From assembly GCF_001194135.2 (NCBI RefSeq), contig NC_069001.1, positions 16,239,053-16,283,040 on the forward strand: 43,988 bases of DNA, written 5' to 3'. The notes under the pieces are model-generated. The model searched no databases. It saw nothing but the letters and a program-made list of their open reading frames with translations, and had not been told where the DNA came from. Positions 34,321 through 43,988 of this stretch are shown here, in pieces (positions within the stretch are counted from its first letter, which is position 1; every line of letters starts with the position of its first letter). The stretch is from Octopus bimaculoides. Taxonomy: Eukaryota. Both the position numbers and the translations under genes were made by a program.

Positions 34321-34685
34321 CAGCCACATGGTTCCGGGTTCAGTCCCACTGCGTGGCATCTTGGGCACGTGTCTTCTACTATAGTCTTGGGCCAACCAAA
34401 GCCTTGTGAGTGGATTTGGTAAATGGAAAGTGAAAGAAGCTTGTAGTATATATGTATATATATATATGTGTGTGTGTGTGTGCTTGTGTGTCTGTGTTTG
34501 TCCCCCAAGCATTGCTTGACAGCCGATGCTGGTATGTTTAATGTCCCGGTCACTTAGTGGTTCGGCAAAGGAGACCGATAGAATAAGTACTAGGCTTATA
34601 AAGAATAAGTCCCAAGGTCGATTTGCTCGACTAAAGGCAGTGCTCCAGCATGGCCGCAGTCAAATGACTGAAACAAGTAAAAAGT
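34321..34685 (+). mobile_element. SINE family A, 5'-truncated, abutting the Tc1 3' end
   Basis: ccacatggttccgggttcagtccc...ccagcatggccgcagtcaaatgactgaaacaagtaaaaag. Confidence 0.9.
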
Positions 34686-35271
34686 AATCCACACACATGC
34701 ACAGACATATATGCATACACACACAAAAATCATCATGGTTTAATGTTCATCTTCCATGCTAGCATAGGTTAAATGGTTTCACAGCATCCAATAAACTGCA
34801 AGACTGCAATGAGCTCCAGTGTCTGCTTTGGCATGGAAATCTCTAGCTGGAACTTCCTGATGTCAGCCTCTTTACAAAGTGTAATATATGATTAATTACA
34901 TAGTGGAAAAGTCATTTTAACACAAACATTATTTTCCATTCAATCCATTGAAGTAGGACACAGCAAGTTTGCAAGCCAGTCCCTTTTCAGAGCTTACAAC
35001 ATACTAGACATCAGAGGGACCATTAGGTGGAAGGCTATCAAGTTGGCAGTAGAGATAGCAAACACGCACACAGAGAGAGGCATTTTAGACCAAAATAAGG
35101 TTGACCAAATGATTTGTTAAAAAACATTATATACAACAGAAGCAGTATTAAATTAAAACAATCATCTATGTATTGCATTTCATATAAATACATCATGAAA
35201 TGCAAATTTACAGCAGTATTCATCCAGAGATAATATTTCTTATGGACATGTTGAGTTTAAAAACACAAATA

Positions 35272-35435
35272 CAAGGGGGTGCTGAAAAGTTGCTGGCTTT
35301 AGGGTTATTTTGAAAGGCCTTCTGAGTTCTTTTACAGGGCTTAGAAAAACTGAAGGGCTACTGCAATAAGTGAATTTGAGTAAAATCATATTTTCTTTTA
35401 CCCAAAGCCTGGAACCTTCCAGCCCCACCCCCTCA
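35272..35435 (+). mobile_element. mariner-derived MITE with TA flanks
   Basis: TIRs (ta)caagggggtgctgaaaagttgctggcttt / aaagcctggaaccttccagccccacccctca(ta); the interior retains EKLKGYCNK, like a mariner transposase C-terminus. Confidence 0.75.
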
Positions 35436-36155
35436 TATATATTGGAGGGAGATGAAAAATTATCTTAGCAGTGGCTGGCAAGAATATTTGCAGTTGCCTG
35501 TGAATATACATCATGGACAAGGCCCACAGAGGCCAAAATGCATCTGGCATTTTCACTAGCAACAGCTCCCTCTGATATATATATATATACTATAAGAAAT
35601 GCTATCTCCAAATAAATACCACTGTAAACTTGCCTTTCAAATATATATTTATTTACAGTATGACATATAGAAGGTTATTCTATTGATTCAGTCACCAACA
35701 GACTCATTCAACCACCACAAGTTCATATAAAGGCACCGTCTCAACACTGTGGCACTTTTATCTCTACTACACTGGACTCTCATTCTCTGATATACCTATC
35801 TGAATACCTCCCCACACAGTGGCCCACTTATCTTGCAATCACCTTAAGATATATATCTCACATCTCAGACCCCCACCCGGTCTTTTTTTTTTTTATTCCT
35901 GTCTTAGACCCCAATCCACTGAGATTCCCTCCCTGCTTATATTTCCTGCTAGAGACCAGCCTACAGATGTTCAAGCTGGACATCACCTGCATCAGTCACA
36001 CCACTCAGTAGACATGCCAAATGTTCCAGGCATTATTCATTGCCCTACTCTTACCACTAACTTATATTTTTATATGCAGTGGGACCATATTAGCGACCAC
36101 GTGGTAGATAGCATGACAACATTTTTGACATCAAGTAATACGTGATTAAGTGAAG

Positions 36156-36369
36156 GTGGTGAGCTGGCAGAATCGTCAGCATGCAGCATGAAATGCTTAG
36201 CGGTATTTCATCTGTTGCTACGTTCTGAGTTCAAATTCTGCTGAGGTCAACTTTGTCTTTTATCCTTTCAGGGTCGATAAATTAAGCACCAGTTGCATAG
36301 TGGGGTCGATCTAATCGACTGCCTCCCCACTCCCTAAAAATTTCGGGCCTTGTGCCTAGAGTAGAAAAG
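36156..36369 (+). mobile_element. SINE family B, full length with ~19-bp target-site duplication
   Basis: aatacgtgattaagtgaag (36137-36155) and aatacatgactaagtgaag (36370-36388). Confidence 0.9.
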
Positions 36370-36479
36370 AATACATGACTAAGTGAAGTTAACAGTTCTT
36401 ATGTCTTTGAATAGCTGACTGTTTTGGCTTCAACACATGGTCTCAGATCAAATCACTTGTAAGTACATCTCTAAGATCA

Positions 36480-36780
36480 TGTGAAGGTGCATGGCTGAGT
36501 GGTTAGGGTATTCAGCTCATGATCATAAGGTCGTGAGTTCGATTCTTTGCATCATGTGTCCTTGAGCAAGACTCTTTATTTCACATTACTCCAGTACACT
36601 CAGCTGGCAAAAATGAGTTGTACATGTGTTTCAGAGGGCCATCCTTGTCACATTCTGTGTCATGCTGAATTTCCCTGAGAATTACATTAAGGGTATGCAT
36701 ATTTGTGGAATTTCACGAGCAGGCTGTTCTGTTGATCGGATCAACTGGAAACCTCATCATCATAGCCGACAGAGTGCCAG
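36480..36780 (+). mobile_element. tRNA-derived SINE with a different head and the family D tail
   Basis: A box tggctgagtggtta, B box gagttcgattc; 3' cttgtcaca..gttgatcggatcaactggaa matches 9800-9970 in reverse. Confidence 0.8.
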
Positions 36781-37999
36781 GGCCTCTGAGATCATATTTC
36801 TTTTGTCTTTCTCTTTAAATCACCAGCATTTAGTCCTTACAAATTAGAACTTGTACATCCTACAGTTGAATCTGATCCATTTAGAGAGTGATCTGCTGCC
36901 TGGTTTAAAACCCTACCTTGGTCTTTGGATACATTTAGCAGAGGTCACTATGTTACAAGCATTTGAACTATGTCTCTGGTTACAGAATAACTCCATCCCC
37001 CCACTCCCCCTCTTGGGGGGGTCCTTAAATATAAAGGGCTACATGCGCTGTTTTCCACACCCTGACTAAATGGCTAGACCAAAAAAAAGTCAGGTGACAA
37101 TGTCTTCTAAATCTTTCAAATATTTCATGTCACAAAAAAAGCACAAATAAATGTTTCACTACAAAAATATTAATTTTGATTTTGGAAAACATGTTTGGTT
37201 TCTCAGACATGTATCGGTGTGGCCATGTGTGTTTGCATGTGCATAACTATAACTGAATGATTAAGTAGGTTGTTAGGCCTTCAAACCATGAGTTCACGAT
37301 TTCAATCCTAATGTATGTGGTACTTTGGATAAATTTTAATAGCCTTGGGTTGATGCAAGCTTTGTGAATAAAACTGGACTGATGGGAAATGTATAGAAGC
37401 CTGCTGCATGGATTGAACGAATAATTCAAAGATTAGTCCGGTTGCTCACAGTGTCATATCAACTCTGCTTTGGGGTATTATGTTAAGAGTATAAGTGAGT
37501 GTAGATACTCCAAGCATAATTGACTCGAGTATACTTAGGATGTAACTGACTGCAGAAGGCTTCAAATGTAACCGACTGTGGAATATTCCAAGACTCATAA
37601 TTATCTAAGTAAGTAATTCAGTTGATTGAACAACTGGAAAACTCATCATCAAAGTAAAAAGAGAATCCATATATTTGTTTGCATGAACGCTCCTCTGTCT
37701 CTGGCACTTTTACTCTCAACTTAAATGCTGCCCACAATAGATCACTCTTCCCTCAAACTCCAACACAATCAAGTTCAAGTGTCCATATATCCAGACATTA
37801 AGGACACAATAAACATCACCGTTATCTCTCTATCTCATTCTCTCCAACATTCTTACAACCCTTTCTTCACACAAGCATCTTTCTGGTTTTTATTTCAAAA
37901 TTCTTACATCATGTTCTTCAAATTAGTATTTCTTACCTATATATTTCTTAGTCATTCTTATTTGCTATTCCTTGAGTTAATATCTCTCCGATATTAAGC

Positions 38000-38180
38000 A
38001 TTCTTAAAGTCCGTATCTCTGAAGTATTATCTTAACCTTTCTTACTGCCTATTCTTAACGTCTGCATATCTCTGCCATTTATCTTAACCAATCTTACAGC
38101 CTACTCTTCAAGTCAGCATATCTCTGACATTTATCTTAACCATTTTTATATCCTACTCTACAAGATAAACATATTTCTTT
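38000..38180. repeat. Degenerate minisatellite, ~52-bp unit, about 3.5 copies
   Basis: Recurring tcttaa(c/a)gtc.gcatatctctg.catttatcttaacc..tcttac.gccta. Confidence 0.8.
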
Positions 38181-38505
38181 GAGGAATTTTCAAAATAAGG
38201 TTTTATATTCATGAACTGCAACAACTAATAATTTACTTTCACTTTCACAAGCACATTACATCCTCTGCCTCCACACCTCTTCCTCATCATTGGTCATACT
38301 TCCCATTCCTTCTGTAACAAAAGATACACTCTCACCTCTTAGAATTCCTTTCTCCTTAAACACAGCTAAAACCATGTGGCCTAGTGGTTATTGGATTGTG
38401 CTCCTGATCATGAGGTTACAGGTTCAATTCTCAAACTGACTGGTGTTTTATGTCCTTGAGTAAGTCACAATGAAATTAGTGTTATTGTACAGGTCCACTG
38501 TTGGG

Positions 38506-38835
38506 ACACTCACCAAACACCTGAAGGCAATGCTTGATGGTGCTTACACCTAAATGTTACAAGCTACCCTGAATATCTCCTATAAAAAGCATCCAACTCA
38601 ACAAAGACTGTATGGCAGTCTTTTTACAATCAGCAGAGGGAAAGGCAGGTGTTTTGCAAGACATTGTTGGAGAACTCAAGAATTCATTAGTGGTACACTT
38701 CTAGGGAAACCTCCCCCACCCATCTAAGATAGTAAACACAAGTTGGCAGCACAGTAAAACTTTTCATTGAATCACTGAAGGTTTTGCTGACCTACTCAAA
38801 TGCTATGACGAATATAAGATGGTTGGAAACGTCAT
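38506..38835 (+). mobile_element. Decayed RTE-clade LINE C-terminus
   Basis: TLTKHLKAMLDGAYT*MLQATLNISYKKHPTQQRLYGSL..RCFARHCWRTQE; same type as 41881-42346. Confidence 0.85.
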
Positions 38836-38861
38836 AGAAAAAAGATTTTAATGGCAATACT

Positions 38862-39094
38862 TCAGCTTTTTCTTACATTATTTCTGTTAAAATACACTTT
38901 CTTTGTTTCAATTAATTATGAAAATAATGAAGAATTTAGTAAAATAACTTAGTCAGTATGGCCTTAGTATTTGGAACTTAAATTAATGTGAAATTTTGAT
39001 GGAAGGTTTTAATTAAATCACTTTGAAACAGAAAGTTTGTGTCATAGAATAAGAGGTCGTCTCAGGTGAGTCAGTATCAAAAAAAAAAAGTTAA
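38862..39094. mobile_element. MITE family 1 copy
   Basis: aaatacactttctttgtttcaattaatt...gtctcaggtgagtcagtatcaaa..gttaa. Confidence 0.65.
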
Positions 39095-39167
39095 AGTCAG
39101 TCTAAAACAGTGCACTACTTAACTGCTTCAATATCTACCCACCTGAGACATCCCCGGTTCTATAATA

Positions 39168-39294
39168 CAGGGTGTCCACAAAGTCTGGGTACATGGAGTA
39201 AATAAATTCATAACATAAACAATTAAATATAAGAAATAATAGTTTCTTAAAGTATGTGTTAATCCTCATGTACCCAGACTTTGTGGACACCCTG
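39168..39294. mobile_element. 127-bp Tc1/mariner-type MITE with perfect 28-bp TIRs and TA duplication
   Basis: ta|cagggtgtccacaaagtctgggtacatg ... catgtacccagactttgtggacaccctg|ta. Confidence 0.95.
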
Positions 39295-39974
39295 TATAAA
39301 CAACATGCTCTAAAGTGACCTAAATTGTCATGTTAATTTATGTTCTAAACACCAGCTTAATAACAACAAAATTACTTTACTTTACTAAGTTCTTCATTTT
39401 TGACAAAATCAATTGAAACATAAGGAGTCTCTTTCAAAAGAAATATAGTCCCAAAAGCTTTAAAATCAATGCAAACATTTAAAAAATTTGATGAACTTTT
39501 ACATTGAATTAGAAATCTTGTATTTAATATGGTGGCATATTCAACTTTTATTTCTTTTACTGGTTTCAATCATTGACCTGAGGCCATGCTGGGGCACAAA
39601 TTATAAAAGTTTTAAGTCAAATCCAGCAGCTATAAGGGCTTCAGTATTTGCATCAGTCTGGTAATTATTTTAGTGATCTCTAACAACTTGCTAAGTTATG
39701 CTTTTGATAGAAACAGATGCAACCTGACATACTAGTTTATATTGGTAAAAATAAACACAGACACAAACTTATATATGTATATATATATAGCTGGCTTCCA
39801 TACAGTTTCTATCTATCAAACCCTCCTTACAAGGTATTGGTTAACTCAAAGCAATAGCAGAAAATACTTGTAGAATTGAACATGTAACCTCAGTGTTATG
39901 AAACAAAACTTTTTAATCACATAGTTGTGTTTGCACATATGCTCTTATTTTAAATTTAACTATTCTCTTTTAAT

Positions 39975-40465
39975 GCTATGAAGACCTGTTGGGGCAGCAA
40001 AAGCGAAATCGTGATGGCACCTGTACCAGTGGAGCACTGTCCGAGCGTGTTCATTGCCAGAGCAGCTGTCTGGCTTCCGTGCCAGTGGCACATAAATAGC
40101 ACCATTTGAGCATGATCGTTACCAGTGTTGCCTTCCTGGCACTTGTGCCGGTGGCATGTGCAAGACATTCAAGCGAGATCATTGCCAGTGCCGCTGGACT
40201 GGCTTCTGTGGAGGTGGCACGTAAAATACACCATTTTGAGCGTGGTCGTTGCCAGTACTGCCGGACTGGCCTTCGTGCCGGTGGCACATAAAAGCACCCA
40301 CTACACTCTCGGAGTGGTTGCCGTTAGGAAGGGTATCCAGCTGTAGAAACTCTGCCAAATCAGATTGGAGCCTGGTGTAGCCATCTGGTTCACCAGTCCT
40401 CAGTCAAATCGTCCAACCCATGCTTGCATGGAAAGTGGACGTTAAACGGTGATGATAATGTTGAT
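39975..40465 (+). mobile_element. Family C copy with about four internal tandem units and (ATG)n-like tail
   Basis: Units gccagtggcacataa / gccggtggcatgtg / gaggtggcacgtaa / gccggtggcacataa; 3' end as at 6044-6383. Confidence 0.88.
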
Positions 40466-40635
40466 AGAAGAGAACAAAATCTACAAGCTTCGCATACTAA
40501 GATACAAGATCGCCATCTATAATATAACACCATATTTACTCATGTGTAAGCTGCACCCCTAATTTAGTATTAAATCTTAATATAAAATGTTTTCACTTCA
40601 TAGTTTTAGCTTTGTCCCTTGTGTAAGTTTTTCAC

Positions 40636-40838
40636 TTAACCCTTTAGCATTTAAATCAGCCATATCCAGCCAAAATATTCTCCCTGATCTGACTTCTCAC
40701 ACCTACCCTACAATGTCATTCTAAGAATAAACAATCACATCATTGAAATCTCAAAGCTACAGGATAATGCATTGTTAATTCAAAATAGTGTGAATAAGTA
40801 TTGCATTTGAGAGAGTAATCTGAAAGCTAAAGGGTTGA
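40636..40838. mobile_element. TTAA-flanked MITE family 2 copy
   Basis: ttaaCCCTTTAGCATT...AAGCTAAAGGGttga. Confidence 0.75.
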
Positions 40839-41083
40839 AACCAAATATAAAATAGTGTGACTTACAAGTAAATATGGTAAACCTAAAAGCAGTGGCATAG
40901 AGTGGGTGGGGCTACTAGGGCAGCTGACCTGGATTCAAAATTCTTAGGGGCACAAAATTTAAAAAAGAAATAGATAAAAAACTGTGTGCCCTCTTGCCCG
41001 AAGCATAAGTAACCCACACCATCTTGCTTACTTGCTTAAGTTCTTCACTCCCTATGGAGCATTAGCAACGTTTCTCCTCTAAT

Positions 41084-41563
41084 CCATATAACCCCTCGTA
41101 ACATTTTCATTTTTTGGAATTTTCAGAAAATTTTTGGTAATTTGTGTTCTACATATGGGAATTCCTATGATTATGCAAAAACAAAAAAAAAAAATTTGTG
41201 TGTGTGACTTAAGTGCTATTTAGCTGTTATTTTTAGCACATCTTATGACCACCTGATACCCTCTGCTTTGTTAGCCACTCTGACATATTGATGTTTTACA
41301 ATATCTTTCTCACCATAAACACATTTGCTGGGATTTAAGCAAAAAATTTCGGCTGTCTGTATTTTAAACTGTGGTTTTCTTTTTTTTAAATTCGTAAATT
41401 TTTTTTATAATCTTGTAAAAAATTTCAAAAATCAAAAAAATAATATTTTTTTCATAGTCATAAGAATTCCTGTGTAGAATACAAATTCGCAAAAATTTTC
41501 TGAAAATTCCAAAAAATAAAATAGTTAGGAGGGGTTATATGGGGTGCTTGAAGCAGAAATCCA
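41084..41563. mobile_element. Foldback-type non-autonomous element with ~100-bp TIRs
   Basis: ccatataacccctcgtaac..ttttttggaattttcagaaaatttttg.. is mirrored by ..caaaaattttctgaaaattccaaaaaa..ggaggggttatatgg; second copy at 3701-4137. Confidence 0.8.
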
Positions 41564-41880
41564 CCCTGGATTGAGCTGTCTTTTCTGCTTCTCTCCAGTT
41601 GAATTCTTCTTTCATCTTGCCTCCATCTATTTTTAGGGTGTTAACTCCTCTGTCTCATGGGTTCTACGATAGGGCCTGATGCAAAATGCAGGATGTTGGT
41701 TTCTTTTCGGATTTTCCTGCACCATGTCCTATGATTTCCTGAAAGAAGGCCTTCTTCTAGGTTTTGCTGGTTTTGAATTATCATCAATACTTCTGTAAGT
41801 TTGGGTTTTTTTCTAGGTAGTAGTGTTGGCCCTATTATTTATTTACGGATGGGTTCCAACCTGGGTCACAGCAACAAAGT

Positions 41881-42346
41881 CCACCCACCATACTTCTCAG
41901 TCCATCATCACTGTCTCAAGGTCCTGGATACATTCCAGGCCAATGTCTGCAATCAAATCATCAATGTGTGATGACGTTTCTATCTTCTTGCATCACAAGA
42001 CTAATTTGGATGCTTCCAGGTCAGGGTGGTGCATACTGTGACCAGATAGTCGCAGCCGTCTTTGCTTGACCTTCTTGTTAACTTTCATCAGGTCTCCATA
42101 AAGGCATTCATTTCTCATATGCTGCTGCCATTTCACATTTACGGCCATTTGTAGCACCTTTGTGTAGAATCCATTTAGTCCATTTGATAATTTCTTTGCC
42201 AGTATCCATGTTTCACTGCCATTAATAGCACTGATTCGACAGTTGCAATGAACAGCTTCATTTTGATTTGCCTGGGCAATTTGAAGCTCCAGACCTCAGT
42301 TTGTGACAGGCTGTCCATGCTTGTGCCTTCCTAATCCTAATGTTGG
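41881..42346 (-). mobile_element. Decayed RTE-clade LINE RT C-terminus
   Basis: NIRIRKAQAWTACHK..VWSFKLPRQIKMKLFIATVESVLL-GSETWILAKKLS..GFYTKVLQMAVNVKWQQHMRNECLYG..RRLRLSGHSMHHPDLEASKLVL*. Confidence 0.92.
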
Positions 42347-42559
42347 CTCTTATTCTGGCCCTTATCCTTTGACTTGTCCAACTTTATTCCAAGACTATTT
42401 TTATTTAAATTTTCTTACTGTTATTTCAAATTTAGTTTTATAATTTTCTTGCTGGATGTAAAAACAAAAGAATATATTTCAATTTATTTAGGCATTCATT
42501 AATTTAGATTTCTTTTTAAATTTGTGAATTTGCTTTATAAGATTTCTGATGTAAAACCA

Positions 42560-42965
42560 TATTTTGAAACAGATATTGTTATATTTCAGGATTGTTATTT
42601 TTTTTCTTTTTTTTTTTTCAAAATAAACACAAGAACTATATATTCATTTTTCATTCATTTTATCTTATGTCTATTGTCTGAAAATCTTTCACCACATACC
42701 TGTGACCTCTTCAGTAACTTTTCCATCCAACATGTCACCTCCTGTTCTGTTTAGTTCATCCTCTGAGAAACAGAAGAGTTGCTGAAGAGATCACAGGTAT
42801 CTGACGAAAGATTTCCAGACAATGGACAGGAGATAAAATAAGAACAATAATAAACAAGTGAAGAATGAATATATAGTGTGTGTGTGTGTTTTTTTTGAAA
42901 AAAAAAAAAAAAAATGACCGTCCCAAAATATAACAATAGATGTCTTTCTAATTATTTTCAAAATA
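42560..42965. mobile_element. Inverted duplication (arms about 42560-42720 and 42775-42965), each arm with a degenerate CUGAAGA..GAAA hammerhead-like core; Penelope-like pLTR candidate
   Basis: The reverse complement of the right arm aligns to the left arm; cores at 42782-42809 (+) and 42687-42714 (-). Confidence 0.6.
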
Positions 42966-43009
42966 GAATAATTCTGGTTATCTAACAGTAGAAAATCTAC
43001 ATCAACAAA

Positions 43010-43165
43010 TTTTATCCAACCCATGCAAACATGGAAAAGTGGAAGTTAAAATGATGATGGTAGTGGTGATGGTGATGATGATGTTGGTGACGGTGATAGT
43101 GGTGATGACAGCGATTATGACAATAACAACAACAACAACAACAACGATGATGATGATGATGATAA
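43010..43165 (+). repeat. Family C tail followed by (ATG/GTG)n and (CAA)n trinucleotide repeats
   Basis: ccaacccatgcaaacatggaaaagtggaagttaaa(atg)n..(caa)n. Confidence 0.8.
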
Positions 43166-43988
43166 ACATGGTATTCTTTCATTCTGTTCAGAATTAGAAA
43201 TACAATTCTTTCTAGAATAGTCAGAATGCCTGAAGTTTGGTGAAGGGGATTAGTTACAACCATCAATCCTTGTACTTGACATGATAGTCTTTTTGTTTTA
43301 TTGACCCTGAAGGAATAAAAGATAAAAGTTGGCCTCAGGTAACTTCAGCCAGATTTGATCCCAGAACATAAAGACACAGAACAAACACCCACCCACTCCT
43401 CAAGACATCTTCTCCAGCTTTCTAACAATTCTGCTGTTCTCCCAGAGATACAACGAACTCATGTATCTAAAGTGGACTTTGAACCCAACATCTTTGAGTA
43501 AGTAGGTAGCTTATTGCATAACTCACTGCTTGGCCACTTCGAAGAGAAAAAAGAAAAGCAAAAAACTACATGACCCTGCTCCAATCGTGGCTAAATCGAA
43601 CCAACATACACACACAATCTACCTGTCTGTCTCTCACTCTGTCTCTCACACTCTCCCCACATTTCTTTCTCTCTCTCTCTCTCTCTCTCTACCACTCTAT
43701 GCATTGTTATACACACCACACTTAGTTCACTTGTTACAAGGATGATTAGCCAAGTATATAATTTAGAATGACATGATATGACATGACAAGTCTAGAGATG
43801 TAGAATTTATTTTATTTCATTTCTGTTTTCGTTTTTCTTTCTTTACTTAGAGATAGATAATAAAAGAAGAAGAAGGAAAACAAAAACACAAATAAATAAA
43901 AATAATTGTTTAGCAATCTAACACCAACAAAAATTACATCAAATATGTGAAGGGAAATGTTTTTTTTTTGTTTTGTTTTATAGTTTTA

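Noticed and set aside
35173-35205. Perfect 11-bp inverted repeat ttgcatttcat/atgaaatgcaa
   Set aside because: Isolated and AT-rich; plausible by chance in 44 kb.
43060-43165. Poly-His/Cys ORF (43012-43266, minus)
   Set aside because: Trinucleotide repeat expansion from a retroposon tail.

Overview
AT-rich, repeat-dense eukaryotic DNA with six N-gaps, mostly next to microsatellites. It is most likely intronic or intergenic sequence from a coleoid cephalopod (Octopus-like); this is inferred from the SINE landscape and a mollusc-like mitochondrial ND1 fragment. No complete host gene is recognisable, and most track ORFs are microsatellite or repeat artefacts. The window is a mosaic of at least four SINE families, decayed LINE fragments (RTE clade, a CR1/L2/Jockey-group 3' end, and a CRE/SLACS-type zinc-knuckle plus restriction-like endonuclease 3' end) and many non-autonomous DNA transposons (Tc1/mariner, hAT-like, TTAA/piggyBac-like, long-TIR foldback). 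It also holds a ~160 bp nuclear copy of mitochondrial nad1. The strongest unexpected signal is a near-complete type I hammerhead ribozyme fold on the minus strand (21684-21757). It lies in a ~220 bp element sitting in the (TA)n tract of a SINE. A second, degenerate pair of hammerhead-like cores lies in an inverted duplication at 42.56-42.97 kb. Both point to Penelope-like or retrozyme-like elements. A few exon-like islands are flagged at low confidence. All calls were made by eye with no database searches, and repeat boundaries are approximate.
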